A stretch of 64,000 bases of DNA from an uncultured Acidimicrobiaceae bacterium (GTDB lineage: Bacteria; Actinomycetota; Acidimicrobiia; Spongiisociales; ZC4RG35): assembly GCA_964653975.1 (NCBI GenBank), contig CAZZIG010000129.1:5440-69439 (forward strand), in the 5' to 3' direction. The notes below the pieces were generated by a model. It did not search any database and was not told the DNA's origin. It saw only the letters and a list, made by a program, of their open reading frames with translations. Of this stretch, positions 8,614 to 18,694 are shown piece after piece (position 1 is the first letter of the stretch; each line of letters opens with the position of its first letter). A program made the position numbers and the translations under genes.

Positions 8614-9639
8614 ATGGAACTGGGAATCACGAGCTTCGCCGAGACCATCGCTCCCCACGGCGGGGGATCGCCGGTCGGTCACGGTGAGCGACTCCGTCAG
8701 GTACTGGAAGAAGTCGATGTCGCCGAGTCGTCAGGGCTCGACGTCTACGGCCTGGGTGAGCACCACCGCCCCGACTTCGCCTCGTCGGCCCCTGCGGTCG
8801 TGCTGGCGGCCGCGGCGGGTCGAACCTCTCGGATCAGGCTCTTCCCGGCGGTCTCCATCCTGAGCACCGACGACCCGGTCCGAGTGTTCCAGCAGTACGC
8901 GACCCTCGACCTGATCTCGTCGGGACGGGCCGAGCTCCTCGTGGGTCGTGGCTCGTTCATCGAATCGTTCCCTCTCTTCGGCTACGACCTCGACGACTAC
9001 AACGAGCTGTTCGCCGAGAAGCTAGACCTTCTCGTTCAGCTCAGGGACAGCGGCGAGGCGGTCACGTGGTCGGGTCGGTTCCGACCGCCGATACGAGGCC
9101 AGGGCGTATACCCCCGTTCCGAACGCAAACTCCCGATTCGTGTCGCCGTGGGCGGAACACCCCAATCCATCGTCCGCGCCGCTTCCCGCGGGCTGGAAGT
9201 CGCCCTCGCCATCATCGGAGGGAGCCCCGAGCGATTCGCGCCGCTCGCAGACCTCTACCGGAAGACACTCACGGAGTCGGGGTATGACCCCGCGGACGTG
9301 CCGTTGTCGGTTCACGGCCACGGCTACATATCCGACAGCAACGAGAAGGCGGCCGAGGAGTACTACAGCTCGTATGCCGCCGCCATGAGTCGCCTCGGTC
9401 GGGAGCGGGGCTGGGGCCCGATGACCAAAGGACAGTTCGACTCGATGCGATCCGAGGAGGGCTCGCTCGTGCTCGGCGACGTCGAGACGGTGGCGGCCAA
9501 GATCCTGCGTTGGAAACAGATCCTCGGTATCACCCGGTTCGAGCTCCACATCAGTGTCGGGACGATGCCTCACGAAAAGGTCCTGTCGAGCATCGACCTC
9601 CTTGGCACCAAGGTGGCCCCCATCGTCAACGCCTCCTGA
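8614..9639 (+). CDS. LLM-class (luciferase-like) flavin-dependent oxidoreductase
   Basis: ORF 8602..9639. MELGITSFAETI...GLDVYGLGEHHRPDFASSAPAVVLAAAAGRTSRIRL...STDDPVRVFQQYATLDLISSGRAELLVGRGS is typical of the LLM family. Start taken at ATG 8614; GTG 8602 is possible. Confidence 0.85.
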   Translation: MELGITSFAETIAPHGGGSPVGHGERLRQVLEEVDVAESSGLDVYGLGEHHRPDFASSAPAVVLAAAAGRTSRIRLFPAVSILSTDDPVRVFQQYATLDLISSGRAELLVGRGSFIESFPLFGYDLDDYNELFAEKLDLLVQLRDSGEAVTWSGRFRPPIRGQGVYPRSERKLPIRVAVGGTPQSIVRAASRGLEVALAIIGGSPERFAPLADLYRKTLTESGYDPADVPLSVHGHGYISDSNEKAAEEYYSSYAAAMSRLGRERGWGPMTKGQFDSMRSEEGSLVLGDVETVAAKILRWKQILGITRFELHISVGTMPHEKVLSSIDLLGTKVAPIVNAS

Positions 9640-9711
9640 GCAGACAGAAAGGGAGCGGGGTTGGGTCCAGCTATTGACGCCCGCCGTCATCGCTAGTACA
9701 ACTTCCTCGCA

Positions 9712-9765
9712 ATGAGCAGCAGAGTCACGTTTCTGACCCGGCAGTGGTGGTGGTCGACCCCATAG
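9712..9765 (+). CDS. trpL: trp operon leader peptide (17 aa, MSSRVTFLTRQWWWSTP) with three consecutive Trp codons
   Basis: ATG 9712 ... TGG TGG TGG at 9745-9753 ... TAG 9763-9765. Lies 107 nt upstream of trpE and is followed by alternative hairpins and a U-tract terminator. Confidence 0.8.
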   Translation: MSSRVTFLTRQWWWSTP

Positions 9766-9833
9766 AGGTGGCGACCACACGGCTCATCCCATAGACCGAC
9801 ACAGACCCACCTCCAGCCACGAGGTGGGTTTTT
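9745..9833 (+). promoter_or_regulatory. Transcription attenuator of the trp operon (1:2, 2:3 antiterminator, 3:4 terminator)
   Basis: GTGGTCG (9750-9756) pairs with CGACCAC (9773-9779). GAGGTGG (9766-9772) pairs with CCACCTC (9807-9813). The terminator is CCCACCTC (9806-9813)/GAGGTGGG (9821-9828) followed by TTTTT (9829-9833). A possible promoter is TTGACG at 9674-9679 with TACAAC 17 nt downstream (weak). Confidence 0.75.
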
Positions 9834-9872
9834 CGATTCCCGGACTTCCGACCTCTGGTGAGGAAGGACATC

Positions 9873-11233
9873 ATGGAATCGATATTCGACATACCGGCCG
9901 ACCTCGACACCCCCGTGTCGGCCTATCTGCGTCTGAGATCGCTACGTCCCCGTTACCTGCTGGAGAGTGTCGAGGGTGGCCACACCGGCCGCTACTCGTT
10001 CATCGGATTCGGTGACACCCGGCGGGTCGTCGTCGAAGAGGACGGGGTCTACATCGACGACGCAAGAGTGAGCCCCGATCTCCTGGCGGGTCTGCGACAT
10101 GCCCTGGAGACGGCCCCGCTCTGCGCCCCGGTCGACGACGCCTCCCCGTTCCAAGGCGGGCTGGTCGGCGTGGCCACCTTCGACCTGGTGCGCCGGTTAT
10201 ACCGCCTCGCCGACTCGCGACACGGGCGCACCGGGCCCGACGGGGTGTACATCACCACCGAGTCGACTCTCGTCTTCGACCACCTGACCCGGCGGATGGC
10301 ACTCCTCCACTCCGGCTCCGAAGACGAGCGACGCCACCTCAGGTCGGACGTTCAGTCGGCATTGCGCGGCCCGCTCGACCACTCACTACCACCGGCGAGG
10401 CTCCAGACGGCCAGACCGAGCATGACCCGCGACGAATTCATGGGTGGGGTCGAGTCTGTCAAGGGTCACATCGCGGCAGGCGACGTGTACCAACTCGTTC
10501 TATCGATTCGTTTCGCAGGAGAGACCGACATCGACCCTTTCTCTGCCTACCGGGCATTGCGGCTCCTCAACCCCTCGCCCTACATGTACTTCGTGGACAC
10601 CGGGGACCGACAGGTCGTCGGGTCCTCCCCGGAAGCTTTGGCCCGGCTCAACGGGCGCAGGGCCGAGCTACGACCGATCGCCGGGACCAGGCCACGGGGA
10701 ATCGACGAAGTCGAAGACCGCCGTCTCGAGCGAGAGCTGCTCACCGACCCCAAGGAGACCGCCGAGCACGTGATGCTGGTCGACCTGGCCCGCAACGACG
10801 TCGGTCGCACTGCCTCACCCGGCACGGTGGTGGTCGATCCCTACAAGACCATCGAGCGCTACAGCCATGTCATGCACATGGTCAGCGGGGTGACAGCCGA
10901 TCTTCGCCCCGAGTTCGACGCCTTCGACCTATTCGCCGCCACCTTTCCCGCCGGGACCGTCTCCGGCGCTCCGAAGCTGCGCGCAGTGGAGATCATCGAC
11001 GAGCTGGAGCCCGTCTCCCGGGGTCTCTACTCGGGGGCGATCGGCTATTTCGGCCACGGTGGCTCCATGGACCAGGCGATCACCATCCGAACCCTGGTGT
11101 TCGAGGACGGGGGATACAGCTACCAGGCCGGCGCCGGGATCGTGGCCGACAGCGATCCCGCTGCCGAGCACGCCGAGGTCCTCTCCAAAGGGGCCATCCT
11201 GGAGGCGGCGTTGCAGTTGGCCAAGGAGGGTCT

Positions 11234-11237
<4 letters not shown>
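9873..11237 (+). CDS. trpE: Anthranilate synthase component I
   Basis: ORF 9858..11237. Start taken at ATG 9873 after GAGGAAGGA. Motifs ...GDVYQLVLS..., LNPSPYMYF, PEALARL, IAGTRPRG, ELLTDPKETAEHVMLVDLARND, GAPKLRAVEIIDELE. Confidence 0.95.
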
Positions 11238-11838
<601 letters not shown>

Positions 11839-11842
<4 letters not shown>

Positions 11843-12858
11843 AGGAGATACTCGGGAAGCTCCTCGCCGGTGAGGTCCTCGGTGACGACGAGGCGGCCGC
11901 GCTCGTGCAGTACCTGACCACAGAAGACCTCGACCAGGTGGTGGCCGGTGCCGCCCTGGCCGCACTCCGGACCCGGGGAGAGACCGCCGCCGAGGTGCGA
12001 GTGTTCGCCCGTGGTCTCCAGGATCTCGCCGTTCGCCCCGCGATCGACGACGTCTCCGACGCGGTCGACGTCGTCGGAACCGGGGGCGACGCGTCGGGCA
12101 GCCTCAACCTCTCCACAGGGGCTGCGCTGTTGGCGGCGGCGGCGGGAGCCCGGGTGGTCAAACACGGGAACCGGTCCGTGTCCAGCCGCAGCGGCAGCTT
12201 CGATGTCCTCGCTGCTCTCGGTCTCGACGTCCCCTGGGACGCGACCCGCGCCGGACACGTGTTCTCTGCCACCGGGTTCACCTACCTGTTCGCTCCCGGG
12301 TTCCATCCGGCGATGAAGTCGGTGGCGCCGGTGCGTCAGGCGATGGGAGCACGCACGATCTTCAACCTGGTCGGCCCGTTGGCCAACCCCGCCCGGGCGC
12401 CACACCTGGTCGTGGGTGCGTTCTCCCCGGAGATGGCCCGAATGATGGCCGAGACCCTGTCCGGGATGGACATCGCCCGGGCCTTCGTCGTCCATGGCGA
12501 ACCTGGATGGGACGAGCCCACCCCCGTCGGCCCCTACCTCCTCCTCGAGGTCGAGCCGGGGCGAATCCTCGAGACCGAGGAAGATCCGGCGGAACTCGGC
12601 ATTCCCAGGTGCCCTCCCGAAGCATTGCTCGGCGGCGAGCCGGCGGTGAACGCCGCAGCCATCAGGAGAGTCTTCGAAGGGGAGCGAGGTGCGCACCGCG
12701 ACGCTCTTGTCCTCGGGGCGACCCTGGCAATGAGGGTGACCGGGGTCCATCGTGAGCAGGCCCGGGAGCGAGCCGAGAACGCGTTGGAGGAGGGTCACGC
12801 CATCGATCTCCTCTCCAACCTCGCCGCCATGGCGGAACAGGAGCCGGTCGGTGTCTGA
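11839..12858 (+). CDS. trpD: Anthranilate phosphoribosyltransferase
   Basis: VDVVGTGGDASGSLNLSTGAALLAAAAGARVVKHGNRSVSSRSGSFDVL... Overlaps the trpG stop. Confidence 0.95.
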
Positions 12859-13672
12859 GTTCCTGACCGAGATGAAGCAAACCAGTCTCCGGCGGGCCCG
12901 GGCCGCCGGAGCGCAACCAGGTCCCGACCAACTCCAGGAGAGCGTGGCCCGGCTTGCCGATCCGATCCCGCTGATTCTGTCATCGGAGGGGTTCGACATC
13001 ATTTGCGAAACCAAGCTGGTCAGCCCTTCGGAGGGGGCGCTGGTCCCGGGTGCGCCGGGTGACGACGAGGTGGTCGGCCTCGCCCGTGCTTTCGAGGCGG
13101 GTGGAGCGTCTGCGATCTCAGTCCTCACCGAGGAGAGCCGGTTCGCCGGGTCGTTGCGGCACCTGGAGTCGGTTGCCGCCGCCGTGGCAGTGCCGGTCAT
13201 GCGCAAAGACTTCCTCGTCGATCCGATCCAGGTGCTCGAAGCCCGAGCTCGGGGAGCCTCCGGTGTCCTGCTCATAGCCCGCATGCTCCCCGGCGCCCTC
13301 CTCGCCGAGATGACCGATCTCGCCATCGAGCTCGGGATGTTCGCCGTCGTCGAGGTGTTCGACACCACTGACCTGGCCAACGCCGTCCGTGTCTTCGACC
13401 GCGACGTGTTGGTGGGGGTCAATTGTCGCGACCTGGCCACGCTGGAGGTCGACACGGGACGGTTCGCTCAGCTGGCCCCACGTCTGCCCGACCATCTCCC
13501 CGCGATCGCGGAGAGCGGAATCGTTACCCCCGAGGACGTGGCCGAGATCGTCGACCAGGGCTATCGGGCAGCTCTGGTCGGGTCGTCTCTCGTGTCGAGC
13601 CCCGACCCGGAAGCCGCGTTGCGCCGACTCCTCGCGGCCGGCCGGACCGCTACGGCCGGATCCGGTCGATGA
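12851..13672 (+). CDS. trpC: Indole-3-glycerol-phosphate synthase
   Basis: In-frame part of ORF 12752..13672. Motifs ICETKLVSPSEG, ISVLTEESRFAGS, VMRKDFLVD, VNCRDL, AESGI. Start uncertain: GTG 12851 overlapping the trpD stop, or ATG 12872. Confidence 0.9.
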   Translation: MSEFLTEMKQTSLRRARAAGAQPGPDQLQESVARLADPIPLILSSEGFDIICETKLVSPSEGALVPGAPGDDEVVGLARAFEAGGASAISVLTEESRFAGSLRHLESVAAAVAVPVMRKDFLVDPIQVLEARARGASGVLLIARMLPGALLAEMTDLAIELGMFAVVEVFDTTDLANAVRVFDRDVLVGVNCRDLATLEVDTGRFAQLAPRLPDHLPAIAESGIVTPEDVAEIVDQGYRAALVGSSLVSSPDPEAALRRLLAAGRTATAGSGR

Positions 13673-14262
13673 GCCTCTTCGTGAAGATCTGCGGGATCGC
13701 CGACCACGAGGGAGCGGAGGCTGCCGTCGACGCCGGCGCCGACGCCGTCGGCTTCGTCTTCGCGGACTCGGTCCGACGGGTCGCCCCGGCGCGGGCCGCC
13801 GCCATCGCGGCCACGTTGCCGCCGGACGTCCTGAGTGTTGCGGTGTTTCGCCGCCCCGCGCTCTCCGACGTCGAGACCGTGCTCAGCCAGTTCACCCCTG
13901 ACGTCATCCAGGCGGACCACGGGGCGATGGGATCCTTCGGGGGGCTCAGGGCGCTCCCGGTGTACCGGGAGACCGATGACTCCGCCCCCCGAGGGGGTCT
14001 GTTCCTCTACGAGGGGCCGGAGAGTGGTGTCGGGCGGACCGTCGACGTGGGGCGGGCCGCAGCCATGGCTCGCCATGGCGAGATGGTGTTGGCTGGCGGG
14101 CTGGGACCGGCCAACGTCGCCGGGGCTATCGCCACGGTGAGACCCTTCGGGGTGGACGTCAGCAGCGGGGTCGAGACCTCGCCGGGGTCGAAGGACCCGT
14201 CCTTGATTCGAGACTTCGTGGCCACGGCCCGCGCGGCCCAGGAGAGGTTGGTGGTGACATGA
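13669..14262 (+). CDS. trpF: Phosphoribosylanthranilate isomerase
   Basis: In-frame part of ORF 13423..14262. MSLFVKICGIADHEGAEAAVDAGADAVGFVFADS...GGLGPANV...PFGVDVSSGVE. ATGA overlap with trpC. Confidence 0.9.
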   Translation: MSLFVKICGIADHEGAEAAVDAGADAVGFVFADSVRRVAPARAAAIAATLPPDVLSVAVFRRPALSDVETVLSQFTPDVIQADHGAMGSFGGLRALPVYRETDDSAPRGGLFLYEGPESGVGRTVDVGRAAAMARHGEMVLAGGLGPANVAGAIATVRPFGVDVSSGVETSPGSKDPSLIRDFVATARAAQERLVVT

Positions 14263-15449
14263 CGATCACGACGAGAACGGCGGCACAGGTGCCGGCCGAC
14301 GGGCGTTACGGGGCATACGGGGGTCGATATGTCCCCGAGACCCTGATGACCGCCCTGGTCGCACTGGAGCAGGCAGTGCGCGCGGTCCTCGAAGATGAGG
14401 AGTTCCTCGCCGACCTGGCCCACGAACAGGTCGACTTCGTGGGCCGACCCACTCCGCTCACGCCCGCTCGCGGACTGAGCCGTCTCTGGGGTGCCCGGGT
14501 CTTCCTTAAGCGGGAGGATCTGTGCCACACCGGCGCCCACAAGATCAACAACGCCATCGGCCAGGCGCTGCTGGCGAAGAGTCTCGGTGCGAGCCGGATC
14601 GTGGCCGAGACCGGGGCCGGCCAGCACGGAGTGGCCGCCGCTGCCGCCGCCGCCCGGGTGGGTCTCCCCTGCACGGTGTACATGGGAGCCGTCGACGTGG
14701 TCCGCCAGGCGACCAACGTGGAGCGGATGACCTTGCTCGGGGCCAGGGTCGTGCCGGTCGAAAAGGGCGGGCAAACCCTCCAGAGCGCCATCGACGAGGC
14801 GATGCGGGACTGGGTGGCGGACCCCGACGACACGTATTACCTCCTGGGCTCCGCCGTCGGCCCCCACCCCTATCCCGCTCTCGTCGCCTGGCTCCAGTCG
14901 GTCATCGGCACCGAGACCCGTGCCCAGATGCTGGAGACCACGGGGGCCCTCCCCGACGTGGCAATTGCGTGTGTCGGGGGAGGCTCCAATGCCATCGGGA
15001 TGTTCCGGGGTTTCCTCGACGACGATTCGGTGGCGCTGCTGGGTGTCGAAGCGGGTGGGGACGGCACCTCCCACAGCGCAACCCTCGGCTCGGACTCCGT
15101 GGGTGTCCTCCACGGTGCCATGACTCCGCTGCTCCAGGACTCATATGGCCAGGTGCACGAGACCCACTCCATCGCGCCCGGGCTCGACTACCCGGGGGTC
15201 GGCCCCGAGCACGCCATGCTTCGCGATTCGGGTAGGGCGTCATACGTGGCGGCGAGTGACACCGAGGCTCTGGCCGCATTACGCGAGTGCGCGATGGCCG
15301 AGGGGATCATCCCGGCGTTGGAGTCGGCCCACGCCCTGGTGGGAGCGCGACGGTGGGCCGCAGATCATCCCGGCTCGTCCATCGCAGTCTGTGTCTCGGG
15401 TCGGGGCGACAAAGACCTCGCCATCATCAGGGAGGCATCCGATGGCTGA
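14259..15449 (+). CDS. trpB: Tryptophan synthase beta chain
   Basis: GRYGAYGGRYVPETL..., LKREDLCHTGAHKINNAIGQALLAK (PLP lysine), AETGAGQHGVA, GGGSNAIG. Confidence 0.97.
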   Translation: MTITTRTAAQVPADGRYGAYGGRYVPETLMTALVALEQAVRAVLEDEEFLADLAHEQVDFVGRPTPLTPARGLSRLWGARVFLKREDLCHTGAHKINNAIGQALLAKSLGASRIVAETGAGQHGVAAAAAAARVGLPCTVYMGAVDVVRQATNVERMTLLGARVVPVEKGGQTLQSAIDEAMRDWVADPDDTYYLLGSAVGPHPYPALVAWLQSVIGTETRAQMLETTGALPDVAIACVGGGSNAIGMFRGFLDDDSVALLGVEAGGDGTSHSATLGSDSVGVLHGAMTPLLQDSYGQVHETHSIAPGLDYPGVGPEHAMLRDSGRASYVAASDTEALAALRECAMAEGIIPALESAHALVGARRWAADHPGSSIAVCVSGRGDKDLAIIREASDG

Positions 15450-16215
15450 CCGAGTCGACCTGGTCAGCTGGGCGATCGAGAAAAGTGGCGGTCAGGCGGT
15501 CTGTGCCTATCTCACCGCCGGATACCCGGACCTGGAGCGCTTCCCCGGGCTCATGGAGGAGGTCGCCATGGCCGCGGACGTCGTCGAGGTCGGTGTGCCT
15601 TTCACCGACCCGATGGCCGACGGCCAGACCATCCAGCGAGCGAGTCACGAGGCGCTGACCCGGGGGGTGAACCTCGACTACGTGTTCGACACCCTGGAGG
15701 CGATCGATCTCGATGCCCCCCACCTCCTCATGGGGTACTACAACCCGTTCCTCGCCTACGGGCTCGACCGTCTCGTCGCCCGCATGGGTGTGAGCGGAAC
15801 CGCGGGTCTCATCGTCCCCGACCTGCCTCTCGAGGAGAGTGCCGAGCTCAGCGCCTCCCTGGGGGAGGAGGGCCTCGGGCTCGTGCAACTGGTCTCCCCG
15901 ACCACGCCGACGGAGCGGCTTCGCAAGTTGGCCGGCGCCAGCAGAGGGTTCGTCTACGCGGTCACCACCAAGGGGACCACCGGCAACACGACCAGCTTCG
16001 ACTCCGGTGTGCTCTCCTATCTCGACCGGGTCAAGGCTGTCTCGGCCCTTCCCGTCCTAGCCGGTTTCGGGGTGAGAGAGCGCACCCAGGTGGAGCTCTT
16101 GTCGGGTCATGTCGACGGGGTCGTGGTCGGCTCCGCCCTCATCGACGCCATCGACTCCGGGGAGGATCCGGCTGTCTTCCTCACCGGGTTGCGTCCCCTG
16201 GAGACGGCTCCGTGA
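15442..16215 (+). CDS. trpA: Tryptophan synthase alpha chain
   Basis: In-frame part of ORF 15145..16215. MADRVDL...AYLTAGYPD...VVEVGVPFTDPMADGQTIQRAS... Start overlaps the trpB stop. Confidence 0.93.
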   Translation: MADRVDLVSWAIEKSGGQAVCAYLTAGYPDLERFPGLMEEVAMAADVVEVGVPFTDPMADGQTIQRASHEALTRGVNLDYVFDTLEAIDLDAPHLLMGYYNPFLAYGLDRLVARMGVSGTAGLIVPDLPLEESAELSASLGEEGLGLVQLVSPTTPTERLRKLAGASRGFVYAVTTKGTTGNTTSFDSGVLSYLDRVKAVSALPVLAGFGVRERTQVELLSGHVDGVVVGSALIDAIDSGEDPAVFLTGLRPLETAP

Positions 16216-16327
16216 TCTTTGTTCTCCACGGCGCGTATCACGCCCAAACCCACCCCACGGCCGGACCGAATTGGGATATCTCCTGGAGTGGCCCGGGTGT
16301 TGGTGCCGACGGATTACACGCCGGGCC

Positions 16328-16759
16328 CTAGACCATCATCGTGACGAGGGCCCCGACCCAGATCAGGCTCTCCAGACCCAGCGCCCTGCCCAACTGACGC
16401 CCGGCGACGGTCGCCTCGACCCGATCCTCATTTCGGACCGCCTCATGGAGCCGCTTCGATGCCGGGCGGGCAACGGTGACGCCGATGCCGATGGCGAGGA
16501 CGACCAGACCCAACCCGACCCAGATCCAAAGACTGACCGTGGAGACACCGACCGCCCAGATCAAAGCGGCACCGGACAGGAGGGTCCCAAAACCGGTGAG
16601 GATCCCGAAGCGCTCCGCCCGCTTCAGTCTCGCCAACAACACGTCTCCGTCCTCCCTGGTGGCGTGGACCGACTCGCGAATGTCGGCGGGGATCAGGAGC
16701 TTGTGGCCGAACCAGGCGGCGGCGATGGCGACATGGAGGATTCGTAGCGCCAGGATCAT
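16328..16759 (-). CDS. Hypothetical integral membrane protein (4 predicted TM helices)
   Basis: ORF 16328..16783(-). MILALRILHVAIAAAWFGHKLL...GILTGFGTLLSGAALIWAV...LWIWVGLGLVVLAIGIGV...IWVGALVTMMV. Start ATG 16759 or 16783. Confidence 0.6.
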   Translation of the reverse strand: MILALRILHVAIAAAWFGHKLLIPADIRESVHATREDGDVLLARLKRAERFGILTGFGTLLSGAALIWAVGVSTVSLWIWVGLGLVVLAIGIGVTVARPASKRLHEAVRNEDRVEATVAGRQLGRALGLESLIWVGALVTMMV

Positions 16760-16839
16760 GGGGATCGGGCAGCCTACGCTCACCGGGTCGGCGTCGGTGC
16801 CAGAATCCCCACATCAGCTTCATCGCACGCGCCCGGGAG

Positions 16840-18123
16840 ATGGCGGAGGGGACTCCCTCTTCACGCAACCGCGTCGTCGATCTCATCCGCGTCTTCTCGA
16901 TCCTGGTCGTCGTGTTCGGCCATTGGCTGATGGCAGCGATCACATTCCAGGACGGCGAAATCGTCCCCGGCCACCTTCTCGAGCTCGCCGAATGGACCCA
17001 CCCGCTGACCTGGCTCTTCCAGGTCATGCCGCTGTTCTTCTTCGTGGGGGGCTATTCCAACGCTTTGTCGTGGCGGTCGGCCCGTCGCCGCCACGAGTCT
17101 TACGGTTCGTGGCTGCGCGCTCGCTTGCGACGTCTCGCTATCCCGGTGGTCCCTTTGCTGTTGGTCTGGACGATCGGCGGCTGGATCGGGCTGCGACTGG
17201 GTCTCGACTGGGAGATCCTCCAGCTCGCCTCCCGGGTGGCCCTGGTGCCGACCTGGTTCCTGGCCGCGTACGTGGTGATCGTCACCCTCGCGCCGGTGGC
17301 GCTCATGGTGTGGGAGCGGTTCGGGTGGTGGTCGATCTTCGTCGGCATCGCCCTCGGTGGTGTGGCCGACCTCCTCTCGATCGGTGCCGGAGTGGTGCCC
17401 GCGGGGTTCCTCAACTACGTGTTCGTGTGGGCCACGGTTCACCAACTCGGATACGCATGGGTCGACGGTCGTCTCGCCTCGACCGGTCGCAGGCTCGGGC
17501 TGCTCCTCGTCGGTCTCCTGGCGACACTCGCCCTGGTCCGGTTTGGCCCGTACCCGGTGGCGATGGTGGGTCTCGACACGGCCCAGATCACCAACTCCTA
17601 CCCGCCACGGGTGACACTCACCTTCCTCGGTCTGTTTCAGTCCGGGCTGATCCTCGTCCTGGAGCCGGCTCTGGAGAGATGGATGCGTCGGCTGGGGGCT
17701 TGGACGGCTGTGGTGGTTGTCAGCGGTCGGATCATGACCCTCTACCTCTGGCATCTCACCGCGATGGTGATCGTCATCGGTCTCGGCCTGATCACGGGTG
17801 GGTTCGGCTTCGGGATCGAGCCGCTCTCCGGGGAGTGGTGGTCGACTCGACCGGTCTGGTTCGCGGTATTGATCGTCCCGACACTCGTCTTGATGGCGAT
17901 ATTCGGCCGGTTCGAGCGCCCCGAGCACGATTCCAGACCGGCGCCGCCCTGGTGGCGACCGGTCCTGGCTGTCACCCTCATCTGTGCCGGCCTTGGCTTT
18001 CTCGCCGCAATCGGCATCGCCGACGAGCAGGGCCTCAACGGGTTGGTGCTCAGTCTCCCGGTGATCGGTGTGATCCTGGGTGGCATCGCCCGTCTCCCCC
18101 GTAGCCAACCAGTCGTCGGGTGA
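16840..18123 (+). CDS. Acyltransferase family 3 (OafA/YrhL-like) membrane protein
   Basis: N-terminal RVVDLIRVFSILVVVFGHW... and MPLFFFVGGYS motifs, with about 10 TM helices. Confidence 0.75.
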   Translation: MAEGTPSSRNRVVDLIRVFSILVVVFGHWLMAAITFQDGEIVPGHLLELAEWTHPLTWLFQVMPLFFFVGGYSNALSWRSARRRHESYGSWLRARLRRLAIPVVPLLLVWTIGGWIGLRLGLDWEILQLASRVALVPTWFLAAYVVIVTLAPVALMVWERFGWWSIFVGIALGGVADLLSIGAGVVPAGFLNYVFVWATVHQLGYAWVDGRLASTGRRLGLLLVGLLATLALVRFGPYPVAMVGLDTAQITNSYPPRVTLTFLGLFQSGLILVLEPALERWMRRLGAWTAVVVVSGRIMTLYLWHLTAMVIVIGLGLITGGFGFGIEPLSGEWWSTRPVWFAVLIVPTLVLMAIFGRFERPEHDSRPAPPWWRPVLAVTLICAGLGFLAAIGIADEQGLNGLVLSLPVIGVILGGIARLPRSQPVVG

Positions 18124-18165
18124 ACGTCACCCCCACGGTGCGGCGTCTTCGTCAGGAGGGCATCG

Positions 18166-18525
18166 CTAGTCGTCGGGGAGGACGGCTCCGATGATCCAGC
18201 CGACGATGGCGACCACTATCGCGGCCAGGAACGTCTCCCAGAAGAATCCCTCCGAGGTGAGACCCAGTTCGAAGACTCCGGAGAGCCAGACCACCAGGGA
18301 GAGCACGAGGGCGTTCACGACGAGGAGGAAGAGGCCGAGGGTCAGCAGGATCAGGGGAAGGCTGAACAGCTTGAGGATGGGTTTCACCACGGCATTGGCG
18401 AGACCCATGATCGCGGCGACGATCAGGAACTGCCACCACTCGCCGCTGAACTCGAACCCGTCGACGACCCACACCGCCACCCAGAGCGAAGCCGCGGTGG
18501 CGAGGAAGCTGAGTATGAAGCCCAT
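18166..18525 (-). CDS. Small 4-TM membrane protein of the phage-holin-4_2 / YvlD-like family
   Basis: MGFILSFLATAASLWVAVWVVDGFEFSGEWWQFLIVAAIMGLANAVVKPILKLFSLPLILLTLGLFLLVVNALVL... Confidence 0.7.
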   Translation of the reverse strand: MGFILSFLATAASLWVAVWVVDGFEFSGEWWQFLIVAAIMGLANAVVKPILKLFSLPLILLTLGLFLLVVNALVLSLVVWLSGVFELGLTSEGFFWETFLAAIVVAIVGWIIGAVLPDD

Positions 18526-18567
18526 GGCCCCAATCTATCCGAACGAGCCCCCACCGCGTGGCTCTGT

Positions 18568-18686
18568 TTTCCTCAGGAAGTACGACCCGGATGTGGGTCT
18601 GTCCGCCTCGAGAAATTCTCGAGGCGGACAGACCCACTTTTCTAGAGGAACTGGGACCCGTATACGGGTCCCAGTTCCTGAGGATT
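18568..18686. repeat. Nested-palindrome intergenic repeat, copy A (REP/MITE-like)
   Basis: TCCTCAGGAA...TTCCTGAGGA terminal inverted repeat. Central hairpin 18593-18637 with about 22-bp arms. Perfect 17-bp-arm hairpin 18646-18679. Second copy at 23123-23249. Confidence 0.8.
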
Positions 18687-18694
18687 CCGTCGAT

